From NCBI GenBank assembly GCA_041690595.1, contig JAWLHB010000005.1:1-64000 (forward strand): 64,000 nt of DNA, written 5' to 3'. The notes beneath the pieces are model-generated. The model was not told the origin of the DNA, did no database searches, and was given only the letters and a program-made list of their open reading frames with translations. The position numbers and the translations under genes are program-made. The stretch comes from Lentisphaeria bacterium. Its GTDB lineage: Bacteria > Verrucomicrobiota > Lentisphaeria > JABSQK01 > JAWLHB01. Shown one piece after another: positions 1-10,020 of this stretch. How positions within the stretch are numbered: the stretch's first letter is position 1; each line of letters begins with the position of its first letter.

Positions 1-241
1 CTCGGCGGGCGGTCGCCAGCGGCTCCAACCAGACCGCCGCGGGCATTCGCGATGAACTTGAGGCTATCCGTCCAAATAAATAATCAAATACCATCAGGGC
101 ATTCCTGGCGAATCCGTGGGGGGGGATTGGAGGCTTCGCAGAGCTTGGCGTCGTCTCCGTCGAGATCGCGCTCACTCTTCGTCACGCTCAAAGCAGGTAT
201 TGGAACGGCGCGGGATGCCGCGTAGCGGCAAGGCCTCAGCA

Positions 242-883
242 TCACCTGGCTGCGTGCTCCAGGGTCAGGTTGTCGATATAGAAGAGGTGGCCGGCGGGGG
301 CGCTGAGTTTAAAGCGCCCGAAGGAGTCACCGGTGTCCAGAGCAGGCAGCGCTTTGCAGGTGGCTACTTCGGGCTCCTGCCGAGGGCGATGACGCTGGAG
401 TTCCAGGTCGAACGTGGCGGCCTCGGGGCCGGCAAGGTGCAGAATGACGCGGTGCCAGACGTGCGGCTCGAGCGGTGCCACCTGGCGCTGCTCCCGCCGG
501 CCGGTCTGTACACCCAGCCCGTCAGCCGCCGAAAAAATGAGGGTGGTGTAGGAGGCGCGGCTGCCCAAGTGGAGTTGAAGGCTGCCGCCCCCGCCTGCGG
601 GCACCATCACGTCCAGCGTCAGGCAGACAGGGCCTGCGGTCTCGGGGAAGTCGAGCAGGGCCCAGCCGTTGTCGCGGTTCGGGGCGCGGTAAAAGGCGTA
701 GGCCTGGAGGCCGCCGGCGAAGGGTGAAGCGGTGGCGGCAGTGACGCCGGCCGAGGAATCGCCGACCAGGGTCTGGTAATCCATCCAGCCGCAGCGTTCC
801 CCCCTGGCTTCTCGTTCGTAATCCTGGTGCACCACCGGACCGCTCACGGCCAGCAGCGGCGCCAACAGCCAGAACAGCCTCAT
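242..883 (-). CDS. Secreted hypothetical protein, possible beta-sandwich/lectin-like fold
   Basis: 213 aa ORF with signal-peptide-like N-terminus ([14 protein letters not shown]); start overlaps the stop of the upstream gene (ATGA). Confidence 0.65.
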   Translation of the reverse strand: MRLFWLLAPLLAVSGPVVHQDYEREARGERCGWMDYQTLVGDSSAGVTAATASPFAGGLQAYAFYRAPNRDNGWALLDFPETAGPVCLTLDVMVPAGGGGSLQLHLGSRASYTTLIFSAADGLGVQTGRREQRQVAPLEPHVWHRVILHLAGPEAATFDLELQRHRPRQEPEVATCKALPALDTGDSFGRFKLSAPAGHLFYIDNLTLEHAAR

Positions 884-3800
884 TTCGTGCGCTCCAGAGC
901 AATGAGCATGAACTCGTTGGGATCCATGGTGAGGGAGAGGACATTGTCGCCGGTGATCGGGATCTCCAGGGCGCCGAGCGATTCCGCGTCGGTGGCGCGA
1001 AACTTGGCCGGCTCCAAGCCGAGCTGCCCGAGATCGAGGACCAGCTCATAGCCGTGCTTGCCCTCCCTTGCGAGGCGGCCGGGGTTGCGGCTGTAGCCGG
1101 AGTTGTTGAGGGTGGCGATAAGCACCTTGCCTTGGTCGCGCTTTACCCAACAGCTGGAGCGATCCGCCCAGCCGGTGGTCGCCGCCGGCTTTGTCGCATA
1201 GTGCGGCAGGTACTCGACATCGGCATCCGCCAAGCCCCACCAGTCCGTGGCGGTCATGATCATCTGGCTATACGCGCCGAGATTGACGGCGTGGACGTCG
1301 TCCACCATGAAGCGGGCATAGGCGAGGCGATGCCAGCTGGAGAAGTTGCTCATGGTGCCTTTCTGGTCGAGCGCGCGTCGGGTGACCCAGCGGGTGTCGA
1401 TGGTGGGGACGAGTCCGAGCGCCTTGTAGTTGAGCAGGAAGCGGGTCTTGTCGTCGGTGAGGCCGGCGGTGAGGCCCTTGGTGTTGATGGCATGGGTGAT
1501 GTCGCTCCAGCCCATGAACTCGCCGTCGTAGATGGTGGTGCTGTGGGAGAGCACCGGGAGGAAGAGGCTGGTGGCAGGGTGGATCATCAGCGCACCCTCC
1601 GGCTTGTGCTGGAGGCGCAGCGCGTAGATGCGCCGCATGAGTTCGCGGCCGGCCAGGATCGGGTAGGTGGGGCGGATGGTGCCGCTGCGGTCGCGATAGC
1701 CGAAGCCGGCCTTAAGGTTGGCCGAGGCGTACTTGCCCGCATAGCCGTCGAAGTAGAGCCCCTGGCAGGCCGGCCAGCCGCTGAAGAGTTGCTGCACCTC
1801 CCAGGCGTAGCGGTCGACGAAGCTGGGGGCAGGATTGATGACGATCTGGTTCCAGTCGCCGGGCTTGCCCAGGTTGACCAGTTCCGGCAGGGAGCGCCAC
1901 TCCGGTGCAAACTGCTGCCAGATGGGCAGGTAACGAGTCAACTCCTTTTCGCTGAAGGCGCGCATGCCGCGGAAGGTGGTGGAGGTGAAGGGTAGCCAGA
2001 GCGCGCCGCCGGTGCCGCGCGGATCGCGCACTTGGGGATCACGCTGGTTGGGGATCAGCCAGCCTGGCGAGACGGACCACCAGGAATAGTCCAGCGCCAT
2101 CGGCTTGTAGGTCTCCAGATGGCCGAGCCGGTACTTGGTAGGGGTGCCCCAGCCTCGCCAGTGGACGGGGCGGGGACGCACCGGCGATGCCATCAGCCCG
2201 AAGCCGAACGTAAATTCGGCCGGCATCTCGACGGGATCGCGGACGATGGCCAACCGGAGCAGGAAGTGGTCGCCTTCCTTCACCACCTGGATGGCGCGCC
2301 CGGCCTCCTTGCCATGCCACCACTGGTCGGATTCGGCGTACCACTGCAGGCCCACCGTGTCGTTGCCCACGAAGATATACGGCTGGAAGTCGCTGGCCCA
2401 GTCGGCTTTCTTCGGGAACCAGCAGTCGCGCCGCGTGGGGTACTGCAGGAAGGTGCAGGCTGCGGCCGTCAGGGGGATGTCCACCCGCAGGGACTGGAGC
2501 TGCCGCGGTTGGTCCGCCCGAAAGCGGAAGGTGCTCCAGGTGAAGCCATCGTACTCGACGCGGGTCTCGCCGTTGACCGCGTAGCCACCGGCCGTCGCCT
2601 GGGACGTAAGCACGGCGCGAGTGGGAGTCTGGCTTTCCACCTTGAGTTCGCTCCAGGCGATGGGCGCTTGGTCGGCGTGCCAGCGAACCGGTCCGGCCAG
2701 GAGCGCCCGCCCCTGGGACTCGATCTGATCGGGCAGCGGACCAGTGAAGCGATAGGTCCGCCCCCAGACCTCCACCTGCAGCGCATCTTGCTGTACGAGC
2801 GTCACCGGCGTCCAGGGATCGAGGACGACATCGGCCTTGCCGTGGTTGTTCCCCAGCCAATCGGGGATGACACGCTCGAAGGGCTGCCATTCCGTCTGGA
2901 AGCCGCTGGCCATGGCGCCGCGAACCCGATAGGCGCCGGGAGCCAGCTCCGGCATGGCCAACTCCACCAGGCGCAGCGTCTCGCCGGCCGGCACTTGGAT
3001 TGCCTCACGGCGGACGGGCTGGCCCTCGGCGGTCTCGATCTCCAGAGCGACGTCCTTGGGCTGGCTGCCGGGGGCGATGAGCTGGACGGCGAGTTCAGCG
3101 CGCGTCTGGTAGAACTCCGCTTCGATGGCGAGTGCGGACGGCTCGGCTCGGCGGGCAAACTCCACGGCGCCGTATTCGTGGATTTTTGCGGCTTCGTGGG
3201 GGAAGATGAAGGCGCTGAGGATGGTGACGTCGTCCAGCAGGCTGGTCCAGTTTTTGGCGGCGAGCGGCGCGGCGGGATCGTCGCAGCCAGGGTCCCAGAA
3301 AATGCGGCCGGTCTCGCGATCCCAGCCGAGGATCAGGCGGTCGCCCAGGTGGCGCAACCGGATGCCGGGGAGGCGCGCTTGGTTCATCAGCTTGCCGTTG
3401 AGATAGATGGCCTGATAGCCGTCCCGCCAGGTGATCAGGTAGTGGTACCAGTAGCCGGACTTGAGGACGTTCTCCAGATCCTCGCCCTGCTTGAGCGGCG
3501 CGGTGCAGGAGCGCCCTGCCGGAAAGCCGCCGATGAGCTGACCCGCATCGTAGAGCGGCATGAAGAGGCTGCCCCACGGCCAGAGCGTCTGTACCACCAG
3601 CTGCTGATCGCCGCCGTTGGTGTGCAGGAGGACCTGCAAAGCGTCGCCTTTGGAGCCATCCCAATCGACGGCGGAGAGGTGGAACGAGATGGCGCCCTGG
3701 GCCGGCGTCAGATTGCCCGGTAATTCGAAGACCAGGGCATCCTTGCCACTGCGTAGCTGGAGCACCTGCCCGTCGCGCCCGGGAGCGGTGACCAACTCGG

Positions 3801-3966
3801 GCTGCCCCAACACCTGGATGGGCACGCCCGAACCGCGGCTGAGATCGGCTTCGCGGCCCTGCTCGAAGGAGTGGTGGAAGGCGACGTGCTCGAGCGTCAG
3901 GCTCCATACGGAGCAGGCCGTCAGGAGCAGAGAGGCGAAAAGGCTTTTACTTGGTATAGGTGTCAT
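880..3966 (-). CDS. Secreted LamG-like domain + glycoside-hydrolase-like (DUF6067/GH123-like) protein
   Basis: Signal peptide; LamG motif [16 protein letters not shown]; VxDPWTPV, EYDG and GLYFDG motifs typical of PVC DUF6067 proteins; ATG at 3966 (MTPIPSK). Confidence 0.7.
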   Translation of the reverse strand: MTPIPSKSLFASLLLTACSVWSLTLEHVAFHHSFEQGREADLSRGSGVPIQVLGQPELVTAPGRDGQVLQLRSGKDALVFELPGNLTPAQGAISFHLSAVDWDGSKGDALQVLLHTNGGDQQLVVQTLWPWGSLFMPLYDAGQLIGGFPAGRSCTAPLKQGEDLENVLKSGYWYHYLITWRDGYQAIYLNGKLMNQARLPGIRLRHLGDRLILGWDRETGRIFWDPGCDDPAAPLAAKNWTSLLDDVTILSAFIFPHEAAKIHEYGAVEFARRAEPSALAIEAEFYQTRAELAVQLIAPGSQPKDVALEIETAEGQPVRREAIQVPAGETLRLVELAMPELAPGAYRVRGAMASGFQTEWQPFERVIPDWLGNNHGKADVVLDPWTPVTLVQQDALQVEVWGRTYRFTGPLPDQIESQGRALLAGPVRWHADQAPIAWSELKVESQTPTRAVLTSQATAGGYAVNGETRVEYDGFTWSTFRFRADQPRQLQSLRVDIPLTAAACTFLQYPTRRDCWFPKKADWASDFQPYIFVGNDTVGLQWYAESDQWWHGKEAGRAIQVVKEGDHFLLRLAIVRDPVEMPAEFTFGFGLMASPVRPRPVHWRGWGTPTKYRLGHLETYKPMALDYSWWSVSPGWLIPNQRDPQVRDPRGTGGALWLPFTSTTFRGMRAFSEKELTRYLPIWQQFAPEWRSLPELVNLGKPGDWNQIVINPAPSFVDRYAWEVQQLFSGWPACQGLYFDGYAGKYASANLKAGFGYRDRSGTIRPTYPILAGRELMRRIYALRLQHKPEGALMIHPATSLFLPVLSHSTTIYDGEFMGWSDITHAINTKGLTAGLTDDKTRFLLNYKALGLVPTIDTRWVTRRALDQKGTMSNFSSWHRLAYARFMVDDVHAVNLGAYSQMIMTATDWWGLADADVEYLPHYATKPAATTGWADRSSCWVKRDQGKVLIATLNNSGYSRNPGRLAREGKHGYELVLDLGQLGLEPAKFRATDAESLGALEIPITGDNVLSLTMDPNEFMLIALERTK

Positions 3967-4630
3967 AGACCACAAAGGGGGCTTTGCTGTTGCCGGTGCC
4001 GGGGTTGTTCTTCATGTAGGGGATCAAGCGCCCCGCGGTGTCGTTGTAGTGCGAGACATGCCCATCGAACCAGGCGACGTTGTAGGTACTGCCATGGGGC
4101 ATGAGCTTGGCGATATCGTTGGTCCACTGCATGAGATCGCTCATCCAGGATCTCGCGGCGAAGGCCGGGTCCGACAGGCGAAAGACGCCGGTGTAGCCGC
4201 TCACCGGCGCATTATCCACCCGGGATTGGTAGGAGGCGTAGACCGCCGCGCTGAAGGCCAGCCAGCGCGATTGGTTGTCGCCTTCGTAGCGTTGGAACTT
4301 GCTGGACGGGCAGTAGTAGATTTCGATGCTGTTGTGGTAGGGATAGATCAGGCCCATCGTCAGCAGCGTGTTTTTCGGGTAGGGGTTGTAGTTGGCGATG
4401 GTGTGGGTGTGGCCATTGGTAGTGGTGACGGGACCGTGGGTCCAGTCATCGTTTTCTTCGGCATACATGTGTCCGGCCAGGGCCAGTTGTTTGAGCTGAT
4501 TGGCGCAGCTGATCTGTTGGGCCTTGGCACGGGCGCGGGAGAGCGCCGGCAGCAGCATGCTGGCGAGAATGGCGATAATCGCGACGACGACCAACAGCTC
4601 GATTAAGGTGAAGCGTCTAAGGCGTGGCAT
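3947..4630 (-). CDS. Prepilin-type N-terminal cleavage/methylation protein with C-terminal H-X9-DG motif (DUF1559-like)
   Basis: [30 protein letters not shown]...SCANQLKQ and [21 protein letters not shown] upstream; alternative start at 4639. Confidence 0.9.
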   Translation of the reverse strand: MPRLRRFTLIELLVVVAIIAILASMLLPALSRARAKAQQISCANQLKQLALAGHMYAEENDDWTHGPVTTTNGHTHTIANYNPYPKNTLLTMGLIYPYHNSIEIYYCPSSKFQRYEGDNQSRWLAFSAAVYASYQSRVDNAPVSGYTGVFRLSDPAFAARSWMSDLMQWTNDIAKLMPHGSTYNVAWFDGHVSHYNDTAGRLIPYMKNNPGTGNSKAPFVVYDTYTK

Positions 4631-7526
4631 GGGAGGCATCTCCTTCGGGTGGGGGTTGGTAGAAGAGCTGGACATCGGTGGCGGGCTGGCCCTCGGCGGT
4701 GGTGAGCTTGGCCCACCAGCCGGTGTTGCCGCCGCCGGCGGAGAAGACTTTGGCCAGCAGCAGGTGGCGGCGGCCGGGCTGCAGCGTCACGGCGAAGTCC
4801 AGTGGCTGATCTTTCCGCTGATAAAGGGCCTGGCCGATCTTGTCGCCGTCCAGGTAGAGATGGTGACCGCGCTCGGTGCGCAGGTGCAGGTTGTAGGTGC
4901 CGCCGGTCTCGCTCTGCAGATAGATCGCGAGGTAGAAGAGCAGCCGCCGCTCCGGTTCCTCATAGAAATCGGCTGCGTAGAAGCGGGCGCCGCCAGTGAA
5001 CAGCGGCCGCCAGGCAAGTGTTTCACCGGTGGTGGCCGTCTCGCGCTTGAAGGGTGCCGGCCGCAGGGAGGGCGCGCCGTCCGCCAGGTGCACCGCAGGC
5101 AGGGCGGCTTCCTCCTGCTCGAGCCAGCCGCCGGGCGACTGATCGGGCAGCTCCAGCGGCCCCAGGAAGAGCCAGTGGCGCAGCTTGCCGTTGGCCAGCA
5201 GGGGAAGGGGGCCCGCCGGCGGTGACTGGGTCATCGCTTCCAGGCGCTGACGTTGGCGCCGCTCCACTGCGGTAAGCCGGGCGAGAATCTCCTGGTCCAG
5301 CGCCTCGCGAATCTCCGCCAGCTCTGCCTGCGGATCGCCCAGGTAATAGAGGTGATTGCTGAGCGCCGCCATCGGAATCTCGTAGGCTTGCTGACCGCGG
5401 CCGACGAAACGCTCCTCGTACAGATCGTACAGGTCTGCCGGTTGGGGCAGCTCGAGACGGCGCATCCCCTCCTGGCGGGTGTGGATGTTCAGCAGCTTGC
5501 CTCCGGCGTAGACCACATCGTCGCTCTCGGGCAGGTACGAGTGCACCCCCGCTGCAGCCACCAAGTTGCGCAGGAAGGGCGCGGAGACCCGCAGCGAGGA
5601 GACGTAGACGCCAGTCCAGGCATCGTGGCGTTTGAGCGCGGCGGCGACCTGGCCATCGGGCCAGGTGGCGAGGGGGATGGCGTCGGCGTCGTCCACGCGC
5701 GTCCAGGCGGTGGGTCGGGAGTTGCGCGGAATGTCATCCGCGGGATCCGCCAAGGCGGCGCCGGCCGGCAGACCCACGGGGTTGTCGGCCACGGCGGTCA
5801 TGATGGCTTGCCGGCGATCGCCCTGCTTGGGCGCCAGGCCGATGCCATGGAAGGCGGTGGAGTTGGCCAGGGTAAAGGGCGTGTCGGCCTCGGGCCACCA
5901 TGCGCCGGCTGGGCGGAAGGCGACGATCCAGGCGCCGTTGGCCTGCACGTGGCGGCGCAGGAAGTCGCGCTGGGTAGTGGTGAGAGTGGGGGTGCCCATG
6001 AAGAGGTAAAGCTTGTAGGGCAAGGTGGCCGGATCGGCGGCCACCAGCGTCTCCAGGTGCAGGGTGTGGTAGGGCGCGCCGAGGCGGGAGAGTACATTGG
6101 TGCGCAGGTCGCCGGTGCCCTGACCGATGGCGCCGCTGTCCTCACTGAAGAGGACAGCGATCTCCGCGGGGACAGCCCGGCTCTCCCGCGCTGCCAGTTC
6201 GCTGATCTCCGCCTGCCGTCGGAAGAGCCGCCAGATGGCGGGATGGCGGTAAGTGGCGCTGCGGAACTCGTACCAGTAGCCACCGACGCCTTCGGTGGTG
6301 ATCTGAGCGTGGGTCCGCTGCAGCACGCTCAGCGTCTTCTCCAGTGTCTCCACGGCGAACTGCTCGCCGCCGTAGTAGAGGGTGCGCATGTCCATCTCTT
6401 CGAAGAACCATTTGCCATGGCGGCGAAGGTTCTCGCCGGTGAAGTCCAGCCGTCGGTGGTTGCCAGGCTCGCGATAGAAGTAGGTGCCTGGCCCGGAGCC
6501 GAAATCCACGTACGGCGAGGTGATCAGGTGGCGATGGCCGCCGTCACCCACGGCCCACATAGCGCCGCAGAGCAGCCGCCCGCCGGAGGCTTCCTTGGCG
6601 GAGCGGCACCAGGCGACAATGGTCTCGTGCGGCTGCGCGCCGTGGAAGCGCCGGTAATCCACCACGGCCCGATGCGCGGCGGCATCGGTGAAGCCGGTGG
6701 CGGGGTCGCGTGGTGCATCGAGGCCCGGGATGGCAACCGTGTCGAAGGTGGCCTCGTCGTCGCACCAAGCCTGCCGCAGGTGCTGGACGTCGTCGCCGTA
6801 GGCATCACGCAACCATTGGCGGAAGTGAGCCAGGGAATCGGCGCTCCAGTCGCCGCCGTTGCCGCCAGGCCAGCCTTCGCCGCCGAACCAGTGGTCGAAC
6901 TCCCCGGTATGTCCGGCGCTGAAGTTGATGCCGATGATCTGGCCGGCGTAGGGCTGCGCGGCGATATAGGCGACCAAGGCGCGGATCTCCGCGTCGCACC
7001 AGCGCCGCCAGTTGAGGCTGGCCCAGGAGGGGCGCTGCTGTGGGACGTCGAGGAAGTAGCGATTGAAGCGCTCCTGGAAGACCTGCTCGCCGTTGGCGCC
7101 GGTGACCCAGGAGCCGGGATGGCTGTCCAAGAACTCACGGGTGGGCTGGATGTTGAGGCGGATGACGATCCAGGCATCGGGGATGGCATCCAGGATCTTG
7201 GCGATCGACCAGTCCAGCTCGCCGTAGCTCTCCTCGCGCATGGCTGGACCGCCGATGGCGAGCGCCCGCGTCTTCACCAGGCGCATGCCGCAGTCCACCT
7301 TCTCTGCCAGCGAGCCACCGTGGTCGCTGGTGCTGGCGATGCCGATACGTACCACGGCCTCTCCATTCACCAAGGGCGTACCGGCGCCATGCAGGTTTCG
7401 CAGCTCTGCCTGCGGCAGACGGTCTGCTCCGGGAACCGGGCCGGCGGTGTCGCCCGGCCAGACCACGTACTCCGCCAGCAGCGGCCAGGCCAGCAGGCCA
7501 AGAATGAGCGTGAGGATGGTTTTCAT
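4617..7526 (-). CDS. Secreted clan GH-A (GH42/beta-galactosidase-like) glycoside hydrolase with C-terminal PA14-like domain
   Basis: Signal peptide; GHTGEF candidate acid/base; FRQWLR..YG....LRQAW motif of GH42-like proteins; FFEEMD candidate nucleophile; C-terminal WLFLGP...LLAKV domain. Confidence 0.65.
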   Translation of the reverse strand: MKTILTLILGLLAWPLLAEYVVWPGDTAGPVPGADRLPQAELRNLHGAGTPLVNGEAVVRIGIASTSDHGGSLAEKVDCGMRLVKTRALAIGGPAMREESYGELDWSIAKILDAIPDAWIVIRLNIQPTREFLDSHPGSWVTGANGEQVFQERFNRYFLDVPQQRPSWASLNWRRWCDAEIRALVAYIAAQPYAGQIIGINFSAGHTGEFDHWFGGEGWPGGNGGDWSADSLAHFRQWLRDAYGDDVQHLRQAWCDDEATFDTVAIPGLDAPRDPATGFTDAAAHRAVVDYRRFHGAQPHETIVAWCRSAKEASGGRLLCGAMWAVGDGGHRHLITSPYVDFGSGPGTYFYREPGNHRRLDFTGENLRRHGKWFFEEMDMRTLYYGGEQFAVETLEKTLSVLQRTHAQITTEGVGGYWYEFRSATYRHPAIWRLFRRQAEISELAARESRAVPAEIAVLFSEDSGAIGQGTGDLRTNVLSRLGAPYHTLHLETLVAADPATLPYKLYLFMGTPTLTTTQRDFLRRHVQANGAWIVAFRPAGAWWPEADTPFTLANSTAFHGIGLAPKQGDRRQAIMTAVADNPVGLPAGAALADPADDIPRNSRPTAWTRVDDADAIPLATWPDGQVAAALKRHDAWTGVYVSSLRVSAPFLRNLVAAAGVHSYLPESDDVVYAGGKLLNIHTRQEGMRRLELPQPADLYDLYEERFVGRGQQAYEIPMAALSNHLYYLGDPQAELAEIREALDQEILARLTAVERRQRQRLEAMTQSPPAGPLPLLANGKLRHWLFLGPLELPDQSPGGWLEQEEAALPAVHLADGAPSLRPAPFKRETATTGETLAWRPLFTGGARFYAADFYEEPERRLLFYLAIYLQSETGGTYNLHLRTERGHHLYLDGDKIGQALYQRKDQPLDFAVTLQPGRRHLLLAKVFSAGGGNTGWWAKLTTAEGQPATDVQLFYQPPPEGDASHATP

Positions 7527-8578
7527 CGGATGATCTCCTGCAGGCGGTAGGGGACTTCGTGGGTCTGGTAAGGCTCGGTTGGTTGCGCCAGGCGCGTCAT
7601 CAGCAGATCGATCATCTCATCGACCACCTCGAGCGGATCGATCAGCAGGCGGTGGCAGCCGCAGAACAGTTCGGACAACTGGCCGAGCTGCCCTCCCACG
7701 GCCAGCTGCAGATCCCCGGGAATGCGAATGCCGGCGGCGCGCACCTGCTGGTAAAAGCTGATGGCCATCCAGTCGTCCGGGATCACCACGCCACCGGGGC
7801 GCTCGTCCACGCGTGTCTGCAGCCATTCATCGGCCAGTTGTCGGCCGGTGCGGCTGATTTCGGAGAAGTCCGCGTCTATATGGCGCCAGATCACCTCCAC
7901 CCCCTCCACCTGGTGGGGCGGCGTCTTGCCCGTGGAGAGAACGAGGATGCGGCGGCAGCCGGCGCAGACGAGCGCCTGCACGCCGTCGCGGTGGAGGCCA
8001 TCCCAACCCGTGGTGACCAGCGGGCCGTCCTGGTCGTGGGAAAAGACCACGAATGGAATCTGGCGCCCCTCCAGCCAGTCGTTGACCTGCCGGCTCTCCT
8101 TGTGAGGCGAGACGAACACGCCGCAGATTTCGTTGCGGGCGAGGTCCCCCAGCATGGAGGGCGGCAGCACCTGCGCGATATCGTCGGCCGGTTCACCCAT
8201 CACGTAGACACGGGGGGCGTTTTCATGGTAGACGGCGCGCTGCATGAGAAGGTTCACGATGCTCTGCCGGTAGGAATCGCCAAGACCATGGAGGGAACTC
8301 TGCCGCAGCAGGATACCCATGCACTGGTGGCGCGGGCCGCTGGTCACGATGGTGCCGTGTGCCCGCCGTACCCGCACCAGCCCCTCTGCCTGCAACTGGC
8401 GGTACGCCTGCAGCACGATCGGCTGGCTGGCATTGGTGATCTGGTCTGCCGGCGGCAGCAGATCGCCCTCGCGCAGCACGTCACGCTGGATCAGCTCGCG
8501 AAAATGCGTTGCCACCTGCTCGGCCAGCGGCAGCTTCGACGCGGCATTGGTCGTGATAGTCGGCACTCTGCCCCTCAT
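7523..8578 (-). CDS. GntR-family HTH regulator with LacI/periplasmic-binding-like effector domain
   Basis: LREGDLLP...VLQAYRQLQAEGLV...HGTIV winged HTH; C-terminal DDWMA..GIRIPGDL LacI-like motif; alternative GTG start at 8566. Confidence 0.85.
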   Translation of the reverse strand: MRGRVPTITTNAASKLPLAEQVATHFRELIQRDVLREGDLLPPADQITNASQPIVLQAYRQLQAEGLVRVRRAHGTIVTSGPRHQCMGILLRQSSLHGLGDSYRQSIVNLLMQRAVYHENAPRVYVMGEPADDIAQVLPPSMLGDLARNEICGVFVSPHKESRQVNDWLEGRQIPFVVFSHDQDGPLVTTGWDGLHRDGVQALVCAGCRRILVLSTGKTPPHQVEGVEVIWRHIDADFSEISRTGRQLADEWLQTRVDERPGGVVIPDDWMAISFYQQVRAAGIRIPGDLQLAVGGQLGQLSELFCGCHRLLIDPLEVVDEMIDLLMTRLAQPTEPYQTHEVPYRLQEIIR

Positions 8579-8596
8579 TTTTGTTTTGTTAGCTTT

Positions 8597-8625
8597 AGTT
8601 TATGCAGCAATCAGTCGCATGTCAA
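8597..8625 (-). promoter_or_regulatory. Sigma70-type promoter for the GntR locus
   Basis: Minus strand TTGACA-17 nt-TAAACT just upstream of the GntR start. Confidence 0.7.
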
Positions 8626-8778
8626 GCCCCCCATTTTTGAAAATGAGCCAGAAAATCGGCAGTCGCTGCCATTAAGGGGAGGATAGAGTATTTTCAGGTC
8701 AGTTCCCTTTTCGGCAATGGAATGGGGAGGGTTCGCGTGGCCGCCGCGCCACGTCGGGCGGATCAGTCACGGCGCGAG

Positions 8779-8895
8779 TTAACAGCCGACGGCGGTCAGG
8801 CGGTCTGCCAGCAGGTGGTTGAACTGCTCACCGGTCGCGTCACGGATGTTGAGCAGGCGCTGGTGGACAGATTTGACGATGCTCTCGGCACTCAT
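8779..8895 (-). pseudogene. abiEii: Truncated AbiEii (type IV TA nucleotidyltransferase toxin), N-terminal remnant
   Basis: ATGA-coupled to the antitoxin; encodes MSAESIVKSVHQRLLNIRDATGEQFNHLL, resembling the AbiEii N-terminus (SV..RLLN.....GE.F..LL), then stops after 38 aa. Confidence 0.7.
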
Positions 8896-9482
8896 GGAAC
8901 CATCTCCAAGTAGGGACGCATGACGCGGGCCATCCGGCAGCACGTGGCGAATCGCCAGATTTCGTCGCGGGTGGCCTTCTTCTGCTGAAGCGCGTCGCGC
9001 AGCGCCTCGCGAGCCACGTCCAGCCCGATTCGGTTGCGGAACTTGAAGCAGTCGACGACCGTCTTGGCAGGCGAGTAGACACGAATGGCGATGCTGTCGG
9101 CGTCATGTTCCTCGATTCCCTCGCAGAAGGCGGGACCGGTGAGCGTCACGACCTGGAGGTCAATCCCCTTGCAGGTCGGCATGCGCGTGCCGCGCTTGAT
9201 CGCGATCCAGGTTTCCATCGGCATCTGGGTGGTGATCTCGTGAAACTGGAGGGCAGACAGCAGACAGATGATCCCATGTGGTACAGCGGCCGCCGCCGCG
9301 AGAAGCGTCTCATGCTCCGGCTGGTAGTCGGCCAGGGCATAGGCTCCCCGGCTGACACGCCGAAGCTCCCCCTTGTCAGCAAGATAAGGGAGCAGTGTCC
9401 GACTCGCTCCGGCCTCTTCGACATCGGCGGCCCGAATGACACCGCGCTTCCGCGCCAGGTCAATGATTCTCTCGGTCTGCAT
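8892..9482 (-). CDS. abiEi: Type IV TA antitoxin AbiEi
   Basis: N-terminal wHTH (LRRVSRGAY), ICLLSALQFHEITTQMP, VYSPAKTVVDCFKFRNRIGLDVAREAL; start placed at MQTER, downstream of the promoter. Confidence 0.88.
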   Translation of the reverse strand: MQTERIIDLARKRGVIRAADVEEAGASRTLLPYLADKGELRRVSRGAYALADYQPEHETLLAAAAAVPHGIICLLSALQFHEITTQMPMETWIAIKRGTRMPTCKGIDLQVVTLTGPAFCEGIEEHDADSIAIRVYSPAKTVVDCFKFRNRIGLDVAREALRDALQQKKATRDEIWRFATCCRMARVMRPYLEMVP

Positions 9483-9515
9483 GCCAGTGGTTCCGTGTTG
9501 ACGTTTCGAATCCAT

Positions 9516-9543
9516 ATAATAATAAGTGCTCCCGATTTGTCAA
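9516..9543 (-). promoter_or_regulatory. Sigma70-type promoter of abiEi
   Basis: Minus strand TTGACA-16 nt-TATTAT. Confidence 0.6.
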
Positions 9544-10020
9544 TCACAAAAACCAGAGCACCGGGTCATCAATTCGCGATTGGACTCCGCGTGATCGCGG
9601 ATTCAACAAGCCAACCCGCTGCACAACAGGCGGTTCCGAATCCCGGCGCACGCGGCGGCTTTCTCGGCGATGCCTGCATCGGAGCCCGAAGGCGGGCGGT
9701 CGTCTAATCAGCGGTCAAAAACGGTCACCGACCGTGGGCGGAGATGCCTGATTTCGGGCTTCGCGGGATAGCGTAGATGTTCGCTCTGGATAGAATCCCA
9801 GCGCTCTTGGGAAGGGTGAGGGTTGCTTTACTTGGATTCCGACGGTCAACACCAGATCAGTTTTTCAGGCCGTAGCAAAGGCATCAGCACAATATTTTCC
9901 GTTTACGCACGTTCATAGGCAAGAAGCTCCTTGTCTAACGTACATCTGCCGAGTGAGTTCCGCTGGCTCGCTTCTGACAGGTTGAGTGCGCAGCAACCGC
10001 CACGATGAACTGGAGATGGC

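Noticed and set aside
1054..7550. Long plus-strand ORFs (e.g. 2032-3723, 5253-7550; likewise 37778-39241, 55762-57480, 58821-60377)
   Set aside because: Antisense shadows of well-supported minus-strand genes in high-GC DNA, with no recognisable motifs.
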